DNA of 64,000 nucleotides from assembly GCA_905331295.1 (NCBI GenBank), contig CAJNYD010000185.1:62001-126000 (forward strand), read 5' to 3'. The stretch is from Rotaria socialis. Its lineage: Eukaryota. The position numbers and the translations under genes are program-made. The notes beneath the pieces are model-generated. The model did no database searches and was not told the origin of the DNA. It saw nothing but the letters and a program-made list of their open reading frames with translations. Below, piece after piece: positions 23,701-37,736 of this stretch; the first letter of the stretch is position 1, and each line of letters opens with the position of its first letter.

Positions 23701-24157
23701 AGTTGTTCAGCAAGAAGTATTGTTTTTACAATGCTACTAATGGGAATGAGAATTTAGTCAGTATTTTAAGTAGTGAATTTTATTTTTCAATACATGACAA
23801 TTTTCTATCTGATACACTTCTGTTCTATTTACGAACAGTTTTCAATAAATGTTTCTCTACCAATAAAGTGCCCTTCACGTTATTGTCAAGTACTTTCATC
23901 TAGATACATGAATCATATGATCGGCATAAAAGTCCTGTTTTTTGTATTTGCTGATTCGTACGAAACGATTGTGTTACTGCTTTCCGTATGATTAATATAT
24001 CTCGGTCAAAAAACGTTTTACAGAACGGGTAAATGTTTGAGTTCGTAAAGTATTATCGCCTCTTGTATTCTCGATAAATCAAACACAATTTGAATGAATA
24101 AAAAATCTAGTAATTAGTTTCGTCGTCTACATTTTTATTGGATATATGATATTACGT

Positions 24158-24378
24158 CGAGGGAGAAGCGGCGGACTTTTGGACTTGAAGTTACTTTGAG
24201 CTACTTTACGCTGCTTCGACTTACTTCGAAGTTTTGATACTTTAAGTTATTTCAAGTAATTTACTTTCACCTAATTTTCAACTTCACATTTACTTGAAGT
24301 TATCTCAAGTTACTTGTTCTAACTTTGCGCTGCTTGAGTGATACTTTTAGCTACTTCAGGTCCGCTGTTTCCCCCTTG
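24158..24378. mobile_element. hAT-type MITE, copy 1
   Basis: TIRs cgagggagaagcggcggac and gtccgctgtttcccccttg. Perfect 8-bp TSD tattacgt at 24150-24157 and 24379-24386. Confidence 0.8.
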
Positions 24379-25324
24379 TATTACGTATTAAAAATGATGT
24401 TTCAGTACTGATGAACTTATATAACAGAGTTCTATGTTGAATAGATTTAGTAGTCTATTGCAAATGTTCATAACGAATTCATATTCATTTTCTCATGAAG
24501 ATGTCTCTTCCTTCATAAGAGAATGTCGTTGAAATTAATTTCACCATCAAAAAGAATCTTCATAGATTTACTAAGTACAAGTACACAAGTGTAAAAAGGC
24601 TATGTCTATCAAGATTCAACTATTTGAAGTCTTTAAGCGTTAAAGCCAGTGCTCCTATACGTATGTTTTTTTGTTATTAGAGAAGAGAATCTTATGGGAT
24701 CATCACTGGCCAGCGTGCCTGTTTCACATATGAATGTTTCTAGTGAGACTAACAAACAAAGCTGGTTTATATCAACCATAATAATTTGAGTTGTTTAAGA
24801 AAGAGACCTCCTGTGGATTGTTTTAATTAACATAAACTATCATCGTCATCGATAATAATGCAGACGAATTGAAGATTGACATAAGATGTACTGCTCTAAT
24901 TTTTTCTTGCCCGTTATACTTGGCATTATATATTCATTTCAAATGACGATCAACATTTATTAATATTTAGAAAATTAAAGGTAACATCTATTCATTGTCT
25001 ATGAGAAAATAGTCATCAGCTATTTGGTTTGTTTTTTGGTAGAATTCATATATTTTTATTTTTCTAGAAGTAAGTTATAAAAGTTGTGTACCGCTTGCCA
25101 GAGCTATAGAAATAATAAAAAAAGCGCTTAAGTAGACACGCGTGTTAGTATCATAACTTGAATGTATTAGGGTACTTATAAGAAGTTAATAAATCTGAAA
25201 TTGAGTTCGCAATCGTTAGATTAATAATAAAATGAGACGAAGAGATTAAGTGTTCATACTAGAAGGAATCAATAGGAACGAGAAAATGATTCTATAGAAC
25301 ATTTATACGAGGTGCCCTTATCTA

Positions 25325-25934
25325 ACAATGGAGGTGTTTCAGGTGATAAGCAAAAACGTTGAAGTTTTTTATGTCAAATGAAAGCTCTTATCATGAAACT
25401 AACATCGTTAAAATATTAGCGGCTGTTGGCGTACCCTTATGGAGATATTCGATTTTTCAGTGAATTTTCTCTACAGGACCGGCTTTCCCAGCAATATCAT
25501 ATTTTCGAATTTGAACCTGAAACTATGTATGCATGAAGGTCTCAAAGAGACTAGCTTATAGAAAAAAAATCAGAAGGTTTGGACAAACCATCTTCGAGAT
25601 ATGAATCTCTCAAAATATAGACGATTTTCTATAGAAGCTGTATACTTGAGGCATCTATATTTCGAAGATGGTTTGTCCAAACCTTCTGATTTTTTTTCTA
25701 TAAGCTAGTCTCTTTGAGACCTTCATGCATACATAGTTTCAGGTTCAAATTCGAAAATATGATATTGCTGGGAAAGCCGGTCCTGTAGAGAAAATTCACT
25801 GAAAAATCGAATATCTCCATAAGGGTACGCCAACAGTCGCTAATATTTTAACCGTGTTAGTTTCATGATAAGAGCTTTCATTTGACATAAAAAACTTCAA
25901 CGTTTTTGCTTATCACCTGAAACACCTTCATTGT
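25325..25934. mobile_element. Palindromic MITE of about 610 bp, Tc1/mariner-like
   Basis: Near-identical inverted arms of about 280 bp (acaatggaggtgtttcaggtgataag ... cttatcacctgaaacaccttcattgt), a short spacer, and TA at the right end. Confidence 0.8.
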
Positions 25935-26015
25935 AAGAAAAAGCTAATATTTATCAAAAACATGAAAATCGATAGAGATACGTGGGAGGGTAGTCTCGAA
26001 TCTCATCATTGATAA

Positions 26016-26408
26016 CCCTAGGCGAACTCTTTTTTGCACGCGCATGCAATTCTTGACTTTCTTGATAAAGAAAGTCAAGAAATATGGACACATCTTGAGG
26101 CAAGACACGAGACCTTTCGGTGAGCTCAAGTTCTTAAACTTCTTGCACATGCGTTGGATACTCTTGCTCATGCACTGGGTATTTTTTCTTATGTACTTGA
26201 ATTTGTATCTAAACGTTTCTGTTATTAAAGAATTTTTTCAATTTTACGTTCATAATAATTCAACTTGCAATAAAAATGTATAGTTGCATTTTTTTTGTAC
26301 CTCATGCAAACATTCAAACGCTTGTGTCTTGAGCAAGAAAGTCATGCACTATGGCACATCTTGACCTCAAGTCTTTGCAAGTGCATGAATAAAAAAGTTC
26401 GACTAGGG
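26016..26408. mobile_element. MITE-like element with CCCTAG..CTAGGG termini
   Basis: ccctaggcgaactctttttt versus aaaaaagttcgactaggg, with repeated internal cttga/tcaag motifs. Confidence 0.65.
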
Positions 26409-26862
26409 AAGTTAAATGAGTTTTTTCTTCGTGGCGGTGCTTGTGATTCTTACAGCAAAGTCGGGAAATGTTTGTTGTTTTTTCTAATTGTGCATCTCAT
26501 TATTTTCAAAGGTTTGTAATTTTAATTAATGAACTATCTTCTGGTTGAAGAGTCAACCCCAAATACAGTGTATGACTAAAGATCTGTAATGAATTGAGCA
26601 CTTGATTATTATATAAAATTTTATTTATAAGCAAAAAACTACAATTTTTAAAGAATTTTCACATCAATTTAACTCTTCATCAAGTGCCTCACGTAACAGT
26701 CAAAGGATTTTATCATACTCTGCATCTCGAAATACTCTGTTAAACTAACAAAGAGTTGAGTATATATAATGAAGAATCCGAGAAGAATTAAGGCAGATAT
26801 TTTATCGCTAGTTCTCTAGACAATAGTGGATAGAAGATCATCAGATCATTCAGCTTGGAAAT

Positions 26863-27865
26863 ATAAAGATCAGTAAATTATTTGTGTTTCAAAAATCATG
26901 ATAACATAATGAAATAAACATATTTCATCGACGAAACATTATTTGAGGACAGAAGTTCTGGGATCCGGAAAAATTCAACTCTAGTTTTTTTAGTCTAATA
27001 ATCAGCATAAAATCCAAACTATTTTGCGCACGCTCACTTTACATTTGTTTTTTCATAACTTAACGTTCTCCGTTTGAGTTCCCTCTCCGATATCGAATAA
27101 AAACTCCTTATCCTCGATTCCTCAACGGCCTGTATAACTTAGTAAATCTAACTGTGATAATAATAAAAGACATCGTTTTATTTTCTAAAAACCAGTCCGA
27201 GACCATAACACATTTTTTGAGCAGTTGGAGAATGACTTTTTGATCTAACGGTTCACTAATTTTAATTTAAATCCGTTGAAAATCGGTTTCTTTAATGCAA
27301 TATTTTCACTCTATTAGAATCTTTGAGGAAGTTCTCAATACTCAAATGATTTGTTTTTTGATAAATACTGCGTCAATGATGTCATACTATTACAGGTAAT
27401 CATTTTTTCAGTTTTATGAAATTACTCTGTCTGCAGATGAAACAACGAGATTCATTTAGCACACATGCAATTCAATGTCTAGTAAAGCACCTTTGTTGTA
27501 GCTGCTACTACAACAGAGATCTGAGTTGTGCCTTTACTGACCCATGTACCATAGTTTCTTTTTGAGAGAATAATACATTTTTGATGTCAAACGGATATGA
27601 TATTTGTAATCAACATACTTGAATCTATGGGAGACTGTACAGATACAGACTTCTACTGAAGCGACTATAAAAAAAAACTTCTCTTCGATACCGTTGAGGA
27701 CATTCAAACATGAATATTTGTGTTGGAGGAAATCTCCGCAAATAAGATTAGAGTGGAATTTTCCGGATTTCAGGGCTTTCCATCAAGCATTATCTCAGTT
27801 GCATAGGGTACTTTGTCATTAATTTTATCATGACTTTTTCAAATGCATGATTCACTGATCTTTAT
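26863..27865. mobile_element. Old element of about 1 kb with long degenerate inverted ends
   Basis: Three collinear inverted matches: ataaagatcagt/actgatctttat, aaaaatcatgataacataatga/tcattaattttatcatgacttttt, and atccggaaaaattcaactcta/tagagtggaattttccggat. Confidence 0.55.
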
Positions 27866-28743
27866 GCTACAACAATAAATAATTTATCTATTTTCGTTTT
27901 GTTAACTAACATTCGCACATCGCTTCAATAGAAAATAATAGGACGCCCCATAAACATTATAACAGAGAAGTGAATATTTTATTACAACTGTTTCAGTCAA
28001 GTTTTTAAAGCATCTTGAGAATATCATAGTGTTTGACTGTTTCTGAGCTGCATATCAGTTTTTGATAGATTAATGTCGCTCCATAAAATTCCCTAGTATA
28101 AATACGAGGAAACTATTAGGCGCATTCCGTACGTGACATAGAATCATGTCAAATATTGCCGTATGCTAAGCAAAATAGTTAGAATGCACTACTACTGAGC
28201 GTTAAAAATCTCATTTTATTAAACACAGGGAAGTCAAATATGTGCTCTATAATTGGACCAGACGGGTGGCCGTATAAAATCAATAATTTAATTGCGCGTT
28301 TCTTTGATGACATCGTGAAATTTCATTGTTGTTTTCCCCCGAAACATTCATATCCGCTGTACAAAAGAAGGGCACTTTCAATATTATTATCATTCGATTT
28401 TATTTCTAGTCTGTGTAGCATATATACTTGCTTAGCTCATGCATGTGAATAAGTATGTATCCAAAAGTTTGAGTATTTCAGAAACCTATCATTATTATTA
28501 TTATTATTTTCTTCTCCTTGTGTTGTCTCTCCTACGCGTAAACGATTGTTCCTTGTCTAGGGAGTATCTTGTCGAGCAATATTCCGTCGTGAGAAGAATA
28601 ACAATACTGATACTTCTGAAAAATCTCTCTGTATATCCTAAGAGATAATGAGATACGCCATCCATGTTCTCTTACATTAATGCAATCAAACAGTGCATTT
28701 TACCATTGCTATTTTTTTTCAGAAAAAAGAAGTACATTTTAAA

Positions 28744-29028
28744 ATGTATTCACTTGCACTGTTTTCACTTCTCCTATTATTAAATAACGAAATTAATGCT
28801 AGCATTGAATCACCTGCAACTTACCCACAATCGGCATTATCACACTGCTCAATCGACAATTACTCAAGTTGGTTGGAACAAAAAGAATCTTTAACATTTT
28901 TTTTACAGTTTGCTCGCTTTTTGGCTCTTGATACCAAAAGAATTGAACGAGAGATTTCAATATATGATTTACAAGATCGATGTTTAAAACAATTTGAAAC
29001 ACCGCCACCGACCATTGTAAAAGAATAA
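28744..29028 (+). CDS. Small secreted protein (94 aa), function unknown
   Basis: Signal-peptide-like MYSLALFSLLLLLNNEINA, two Cys and one KR site. A splice acceptor (ttttcag) lies just upstream. Confidence 0.6.
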   Translation: MYSLALFSLLLLLNNEINASIESPATYPQSALSHCSIDNYSSWLEQKESLTFFLQFARFLALDTKRIEREISIYDLQDRCLKQFETPPPTIVKE

Positions 29029-29554
29029 AACTGCTTTTCTTTTCTTTTTGCTTGATAAACAGCAAAATTTCAATATAAAATACATTCGCATATTTAATAA
29101 AGGAAAAAAGTAGAATTATTATTTTTTTTATCAACACTTACCGGTTATGCTATTTCACATTCAACAGATAATTTACTAAAAGCATCTCTCATGACATACA
29201 TGAAGTAAATTTGCAATTTGTCTTTTTCCTATGAAGCTTTTGAGACAATCATCTAAATGTAATACAATGAAGGGTTTCCTATGAAAGTAAGTAGTTAACC
29301 AATTATTGCTTGAATATGCCACTTGAATGTGATCGATGATCTAACTAGAATCTGTTTTTCTTCATAATTTGCAGTTCAATAGTAAGACTCATCTAGAATC
29401 CTCAATAGAATTTTCCCGTGTGGAATAAATGATTTGCCAGGTATATCCAAATCGATATTCATGTATGCTATCCATATCAAATTTATTTAATAGGTTCGAT
29501 TATCTTTGTTTCTCGATGGAAAATTTTCACGGTTTTCATTTTTACTACTTTGTA

Positions 29555-29695
29555 CAAGGGGGAACCGTCGGACTTCCGGCTTAAGTTACATCAAAGTTGC
29601 AAAGCTACTTGTTCTTATTTCAGACTACTTGAGTAGCGTTTTTAGCGCTCTGCAAGCACGTACTTTTCTACTTCAAGTCCGCCGTTTCCTCCTTG
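29555..29695. mobile_element. hAT-type MITE, copy 2 (shorter)
   Basis: TIRs caagggggaaccgtcggactt and aagtccgccgtttcctccttg. 8-bp TSD actttgta/actctgta with one mismatch. Confidence 0.75.
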
Positions 29696-31628
29696 ACTCT
29701 GTATACGAGCCTTTTTGTGATGAAAACCACTGCAGATTCGCCAAACAGCGTTTTAAGAAAAGATTCTAAGTTTATCAGATGCACTGTAACTGAGAAAGTA
29801 GGCATTTTTGTTAGCTCTACTCAGCTACATATGCGTATTCTGAAAAGGTTCTTAACAACCGTGAGAACGAGTCAGTCGGATCACGTAATTTATATAGTGA
29901 ATTTAAACCATGACAAGTAATCTTTGTATCTATTTGCTTCACTGTATCACCCACATATTTTCATTCAAGTTTTCCATGTGAATGAACATTGATTTCACTA
30001 TGGGGTCTCGTTTATAGTGGCATGCATAATGTCCACATGTTTGTTGCATTCACAAATGAAGATCCTCTGGAAATGTGAAGTTGAAATTACCCAGTTTTTT
30101 AAAGAAATCCAAAACAAGTTTAAACGATAATTCAATTGAGATTAAAATCGTTGTGAATCTAACTTTAAATGTTTTTACACTAATGAACAAAACTGTTCGG
30201 ACGATATCTGTACTATGAATTCGATTAAGATCTTTTCCAGGCAATATATGCGATAATCTCTAAAGCCAATCTGTAGAAGAAATTTGGTATAGATTTCTTT
30301 TTGTATATATGTGGCAGTAGAGTTTAGAATCTAGTTGAGCTTGGAATTGTTGATTATTCTATAAATATTGTGAGAAAGTGATTCATAGAAATAAAATTTT
30401 GTTAGCGAGTAATATGAGATAGTCTGATTGAGTACGTAGATCAAAAGAAACCGCTTTTCTTTCCAAGATAAATTGCGTCTATTTTTCCTGATTGAAGAGA
30501 GAACAACGACAAAGATTCTGGATAGATGTTTATGTTTCCATGCTCGGAGCATAGGGACATTGATTTTTTTCTTTCTATATTCAAAGAAAAAAAAAGATTT
30601 TCGCTATCGTTATTTCGAAGTACGGATCTCGAGCAGCTGGGATCGGGCTGGAACGAGTTTTTATTTCGAATGATATGGAAGGAAAGTAAATGTCTTGTTT
30701 TAATTTTTAACGAAATTAATAAACAAATGATAACAAAAAAATTAGATTTTAATAGATTCTACTAAATCGGAAAATGTAAAACTAGGATAAATAAATATTC
30801 ATATGATGATGTAACATAATCAACGAAGTATTTTATTTCCTTTTAATATTCAAGTATCAATTCAACAAGATACATTGATTACTATATGACTCATGCAAGC
30901 GATATGAGAGCGCATTGAGATAAATGAAAAATAAGAAATAAAAACTTTTTTTTGTCTTGGTCACCAATTTAAAAAAGAAGTCTAAATTATAATCAATTAG
31001 AAAACACTTTGCTAAATCTGACTTACAGAAAAAATTTCCATATCGCTCATATAATTTTTTTTTAAATTTTGATTTTTTTTCTTGCTCTTGTGTTTCTATT
31101 TTCTCTATCTTTAATTAAATCCACTATTCCAATCTCAACTGAATTCTCATGTCAACTCAACCATATACTTCACATGTCTTATAGATTGTTTTCCACTAAG
31201 AAGCCGTCATACTTAGAACAAGGACACTTGTCATTAGATAAAATACTCAATAGGCTAGAAACTCAATCCTGTATCGATAAGTACCTCTAATTAAAATTTG
31301 TACTGTTGTTGTAAAATGTCAGACTTCAACAGTGATCTGACATTCTAATTTACATAATTAATGTTTTTTTTTCATCAACTACTTTCTGTTGAAATAATCC
31401 TCCTCTAAACTTAATCATATTGCAAACATCACTCAAAACGTCTTCTCTCATATTATCATATTAAGACACAGAGGAAATGCGAACAAGTTCTTTAACCTCA
31501 GGCAAAAACATCACATTGAATAGATCACACAAAGTCACTTCGTTATCTTTAACAATGATTTTAATCTTTTATTTAGAAAAAAATAACTTCAATAAAAAAG
31601 AAAAAGAAAAATATTTTTCTATTGATTT

Positions 31629-32985
31629 TCAAGCAACAATCAAATGCCGTGTTAAGTACCAAATAAACAATGGTTGAATAAGAACAATGGCAAGTAGTAA
31701 ATAAATACGACGAGAATTCCCATTTGGACTATATGTTTGAGATCCGCCTACATCCGGTAATATTTGTAATCGAAGAGACTTAACCTATTGAGAATAAATT
31801 AATTGGAAACAATGGCTCGAGTAAATTATATACATACAAGAAAATAGGATAACGCTATGCTAACATAAAGCAGCGCACAGCGATAGACGAATAACGAATC
31901 AGTGATGAAATATGATAATAAAGCAACAATCATGCCAACATATTTATAACCACAAAAGGCAATTAAATCGAGTGTACGTAATTTTGATCGAATATTAAAG
32001 ATATAAAATGTTAAACACAAAATACTTGTTTCAATTACATTCCAAACAAGAGCTGATGTTGCATGCATGCCTAATTGTTCTGGTGTAAATCTTTGAAAAA
32101 AATAAAACGAATCCGTTTCAATTTTTATATATGACATCGAATGGATTATACTTTTTTTTCATGCCAAGTACAAGACCAGCAACAAGAACATAAGTTATTG
32201 CACTCATTACTGAAACAAAAAACATCGCGAAATAGAATAATTGATAGTTTTATGCGAAGAATATTGTATATTTACATGGTATGTAATAGTCTGGAGCATT
32301 GCTATCGATTCGTGGTGGTACTGGTTCGTCAGCACTGTACCCCAGTGACCAATTCTATAGAGAATAAAAAGTCTAAAGCTATAATTTGATTTGTTTTTGT
32401 TGACATTTACGCGTGGTCGAAATGGAAATAAGATCAGACAAAGTTTTTTGAAAACATAAGTTTGATCGACAGCGAAATAATATTTTATTGATGATAGAGA
32501 CTTTTTCATCTAAATTATTCAAACGATATAATATGAAGATCTTTTGATTTTGCTTCTACGTACTTCATTTGGTAACATATTAACAGTTTTGCCTGTGATA
32601 TCTCTCATGCCTTGTTCAACAACATTAAAGCCAACATTAAGAAATGCGTTGTTTGATACGAAACCCATCCCAGATGGTGCTGGATTTGATGAACCATAAA
32701 ATGCTGATTGAGATGAAAAAAATCCATTGTTTAATGGAGCTGACTGGGGCTTTGGCACAGAATAATCATCACCTCCATAAGTATTAGCGGTTTTAGGTTG
32801 ACCTAGAAGATTGAAGATAAAAGTTAAGCTAATTTAAAGAGTGAAATAAAACAAACCATAATGTGCTGCTGTAGACGAATCATATTCAGATGGTTGATGA
32901 CAGTTTTGGGGCCGATACATTGAACCGTCTGTAAGAAAATCAATTAAAAAAAAGATAAATAGATTCATTACTTACTCGAACTCAT
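31629..32985 (-). CDS. YIF1: Protein YIF1 (Yip1-interacting factor), multi-exon
   Basis: Motifs KYYFAVDQTYVFKKLCLILFPF, NAPDYYIP, FTPEQLG, LDLIAFCGYKYVG and QPLFIWYLTRHL. ATG at 32985, TGA at 31629-31631. Confidence 0.92.
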
Positions 32986-33972
32986 GGTTATCAACTGTGT
33001 AAACTACGAAAACGAAAACGTGTTGAAAGATAATGACTCAACAGACAAACATGATTCACAAAAAAGCCATATATAACTAAACCGATTGGTTAAAATAGAC
33101 TCGATAAAAAGAGAAAATGTGTAACAATATTATATAATATTCTAGTGACATCTATTTACAAGTCTGTGTTCTCGAATAACCACTGTTCAAGAACGCTTTC
33201 GATCATTTTTCAATTATCATTTGTACAATGTTGCTCTGATATTGAGTATTCAAGATGAATACTATGAATGCAATCGATTAATGATTAGCTGAGTTGAACG
33301 AATTTCTCATTTAACACATCATTAATTATGACAATGAAACTATTTAGAATAGCATTTATTATCGGTATGACAAAAATGTATGATCTCGTTGAAAATAACT
33401 TGAGCTATGAACCGTACTTTTACTTATTATTTTATTTATGACGTAAATAGCTTAAATGAACATTTTTACAATACTGTTGTCATGCTTCTTCTCTACCAAG
33501 AAATCCATTGGTATATTCATATCGGAGAACGTATGAACTACATAGGAAATAATCGATACTACTATTCAACCGTATGATAAGAACCTTTATAGTTCATAGA
33601 GAAGTAGTATCATTTTTCGAATGAGCTAGATCCTCTCTGCCATTGAAAACACGATTAGCCAACTATTTCATCGAAGTGAACTTTCTATATTCGTAAATAT
33701 CATTTAATTTCTATTAACAGACATCTTTGAAGTTTTTCACATGAGAAAATAAATGAATCAATAGTATGTAAAACAGACTACTACTATATTACTTAGTTCG
33801 TTGATATCCAACGATAGTAAAGTCAAAGACAAATAGAAACAAAGAAAAACAAAAGAAATTTCTATACAGAAAAGACAAACAAGCAAGCAAACAAACAGAA
33901 AATAATAATATTATTAATAAATAGAATATCAGAACGAATATAATTGTAAATGAAATCTGATAATTATCATTG

Positions 33973-36900
33973 TCATTTCATTATCATAATTGATCGAAAA
34001 GCACTTAACCATTGTTGCTTATCGTACATATCACGTGCTTGTAATAAAATTGAAGTATTTCGATTATTATTAGTATCTGATACTGCTAGTGATGAACAAC
34101 GAAACATATTTCGAGCTGCATTAAAAGAAAAATAGTGTTTTTTTCTTCTTCTAAATCGAAAGAATAAATCATTATATTACCTGGTTTTGACCCAGACAAT
34201 GTTCGTGAAAAACTTCCTGAAGATAATTCAGGTATTTTAACGCCATCTTCAATATCTTCAATATGTAAAGATTCAACAAGAATAGGATAATTTATTAATT
34301 GATAAGACTTAAAACCATTGCGAGTTGCAATACGTGTAAATAAAAGTATTTCATCAAATAAAAATACAAATAATTTCTATAAGAAAATCAAATCTATTTG
34401 TAACATCAAAACGTAAAAATTAGTCTTACTTGACCACGATTATTTTTTAATTCACCTTGACAAACAAGATGAGTTTGTCTTTCAATCAATGGATGCTTCT
34501 AGAAGTTAGGAAAAATTGCACGTATATGTAACAAATATCTAACAGAGGAAATGATCGAGATGACTAAACTTCTATTTCTGCTAATTATGTTGACGTAAAC
34601 GTAATTGTTCACTGTCGCAATGATACGGAAAATAGACTCGATACGAATCCAGCCGTACGTTACTTTTTCCTAGATCGAAACTAATATATGAAGAGTTCCA
34701 CCAACGATTAAAGCTACTTATTTCTGAAAACATTCAAAGTTTTGAAGTGAAATTTACAACAATAACGAAAATATCTCTTTTCTAGTAATTAGACACAATT
34801 GTTTCGCCCTTCTCTGGTTAACTGTCGGTCGAGTTTTATTGAAACTGAAATTTCCTGTAGAATGATCGCAAATATGTTATCTATCGAATAAAGTTTGCAT
34901 TCGTAGAAATGCAGTTCTTCTCTTCACAAACAGCGTTCTTACTTGTTCATCGTTTGTATAGACAAGCTTTGCAATAACATTCGAGCAAATTTGAGCCGAT
35001 GTTGCTTGACTAACATCATTGATTAGTTCTTCAACAATATTGATCTAAAGTAAGATTTCGTTTATATTCATTGGACCTGATAATTATTATTTTCGCTTAC
35101 CGTGTCGAGCAATATTCGTTTATCTTCATGGCCATCCTTTGTCTAAATAGAATAAAAACAAATAGATTGTTACTGCATGTCTGAGAGTATTCATTAAGAA
35201 AAAGAAAAAAATACTCAATTAAAATACAGTTAGATTTTCTCTGTTCTCACATTTAAATTCGAAGAAAAAGATCTAAATTTTTGCTTTTTTTCGTTTATTC
35301 AAAAATGTGAGATTGAAATCATTGCATTTTTCATGTTGAACTCACTCGTTTATGAATACGTTTGAACAGTATTGGATATTTCATTAGACGACTTCGTGGT
35401 TGATCTATAGTTTTCAAAAATAATAAGACAATCACATTCTAATTACAAACCAAGAAAATCCCATAGATCAAGTTTTCGACTAAAGCCAGAATCAGTACAG
35501 CGTTTAAGATAGTCATCAACGCGACCATTTTCTTCGCAACGTTTAGCATCAAGCAATTCTTTTGCATTAATGAGATTGGAACAATAGGATACATAAGATG
35601 AGCGAATGCGTTGAAACTAAATTTTTAGTTTTTTGTTTATATATTTTATTTTATTTGAATACGATTAATCATACCCATTCAAGATAGATTTGACCAACAG
35701 CATCAATTGAACAGTTTCCTCTTGGCTTTAAACGATACAGTAGATCTAAAGCAAAAGGCAGTTATCGTGTTGGAATAAGTATTATTTTTCTAGCATTTTC
35801 GATGCAAAAAGCTCTAATTTTAAACTCGTTATGCGCTCTAGGGACAATCAAAAATCATTTTGTATGATGTAATGATGATTGTTGATGTTATTTTAATATA
35901 AAAAATGATCAGCACATTCAACAAACTGCATTGAAGAATTAGGTAATTGCGTTGGTTACAAAACGGACAAGCTCACAGGGGAATTCCATCAATTTATTTA
36001 TTGCTTTCAAATCTGAATTATGTGCATAATATTGATTCTAATAAGTTGTAAGTATTCTCAAAAGACCTCGAGCTTGCAACTTATTATTACAGAGATATTC
36101 CACTTTCATCGTATATTCGAACTAAGCATCGTCGTGTCTGACTACGATAATAGATTCTCGAATTGAAATTTTGCACAGAAACGTCCATGTAAATACTTAT
36201 CATTAGACATTCTAATCAGTAGACCTTCAATTCTTTCTGGATGAAATTTCAAAATCATATTTCCCAGTCATATCAGGCTGTAGAGTTAATACGTACATAC
36301 ATATATATATATATATATATACATATATCATAATAATCCTGTATCTCGGAATTATTCTAAAGACATTCATCACTCATAGAAATCTGACTTTTACCCATCG
36401 ATTAATCAGTCGGATAATTTCTATCATTAGTCAACTATTAGCAGTTGTTTAAAATTGATGGGTCTTTTTTGGTTACTGTAATTTCTCATCGTCTTGGATT
36501 CAAAATTCCAATTGATGAATCTTTTTAATGATCCCGCAAGAGAATCAATATCTACTTGACTATCGATCAAATGTCTAACTCTTATATCATTTCAATGTCG
36601 TTGAAAAAAAGAACAATTCATTTTTTTTAAATGCTCAGACACCGGTCTGATAGCAAAAGCTAATCTGTAGATCAATTTCTATTTCTATTGACATTAAATA
36701 AAATTTTACCTTCATGTAAAGGTAAAATATCTTCCAATGGTCCAAATATTTGTTTTAATTCCGAATCCGTAAGAATATTTAATGTTTTCATACCATTTCG
36801 ATAGACCTATGAAAGAAAAAAAGGGCAAATAATCTCTTTCTATCAACACCACAAAAGAAAAAGGAATTTTTATATTAAATTACTCGTTGTGCTAAACCTA

Positions 36901-37736
36901 AATTTTCAATCATTTGCTGTTCTTCAGAGAATAACTCATAGAGAACATTTTGTCGTTCGATCTCTGTTGCTGTCATAGTTTGTTTTAGTTTTTCGCCATC
37001 ATAAGTTTCCGACCAAGCAGCACGAAATTTTTTCGCTGTATTAGGTGATGATTTTTTTGATGATGTTGATGATGGCTTTCGTTTTATATGATATCCATGA
37101 TTGTGGTTATTGAGAAGATTAAGAAGATTTGAAGATGACGATTGCTTCGTAGTTTGTAACATATTTATAACACGATCGCACATTGGACTTATCAATTCAG
37201 ATACAGATGATAAACGTGGTAAAGACAAACGTTTTTTACGTTGAAAATGATCGTCAACAATGTCTTCTAGCGAACGAAGTGATACTGTATCCGGTTCAAG
37301 TTTACGTTTGCGTTTTTTCTTAAAGAGCAAAAAATGAAGAAACATGATTAGTTTGTATTGCAATAGAATATTAGATAAAAGAATACTCTTATCAGAAACA
37401 TTTCATATTATACTAAAGTTTTTTCTTGCAAACGTGTGAACCCACTCGAATGTATACTTCTTTTGAAAGAGACCTTCAGTGGAATGTGATGTTTGCTCAC
37501 AGATAGGTTCGAACTGTTAACGGCGTATGTATTTAGCAATTAAACTAAAATATTCTAACCTTAAAGCGAAGTAGAATTGAGTTGTGTAATGCTGTTACAC
37601 TCAGTCGATTCGATGTTGAGAGTTCATCGTCAATGGGAAGCTGTGATGGAGATGAGATTTCGTCGATTGTCTCCATATCGTATGAAGATAGGCCAGGTGA
37701 TAATGGTTGATGTCCGTAAAAGCCAAACATTCTCAT
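33973..37736 (-). CDS. DH-PH Rho guanine nucleotide exchange factor, NET1/ARHGEF3-like, multi-exon
   Basis: KKRKRKLEPDTVSLRSL, DH start EIERQNVLYEL, IFGPLEDILPLHE, PRSRLMKYPIL, LVCQGELKN, and PH end LQARDMYDKQQWL. Stop at 33973-33975. Confidence 0.88.

Noticed and set aside
22700..24000. Degraded NTPase-like pseudogene (HFIGRETFI fragment on the minus strand)
   Set aside because: One short motif among many stops, with no Walker A motif found.
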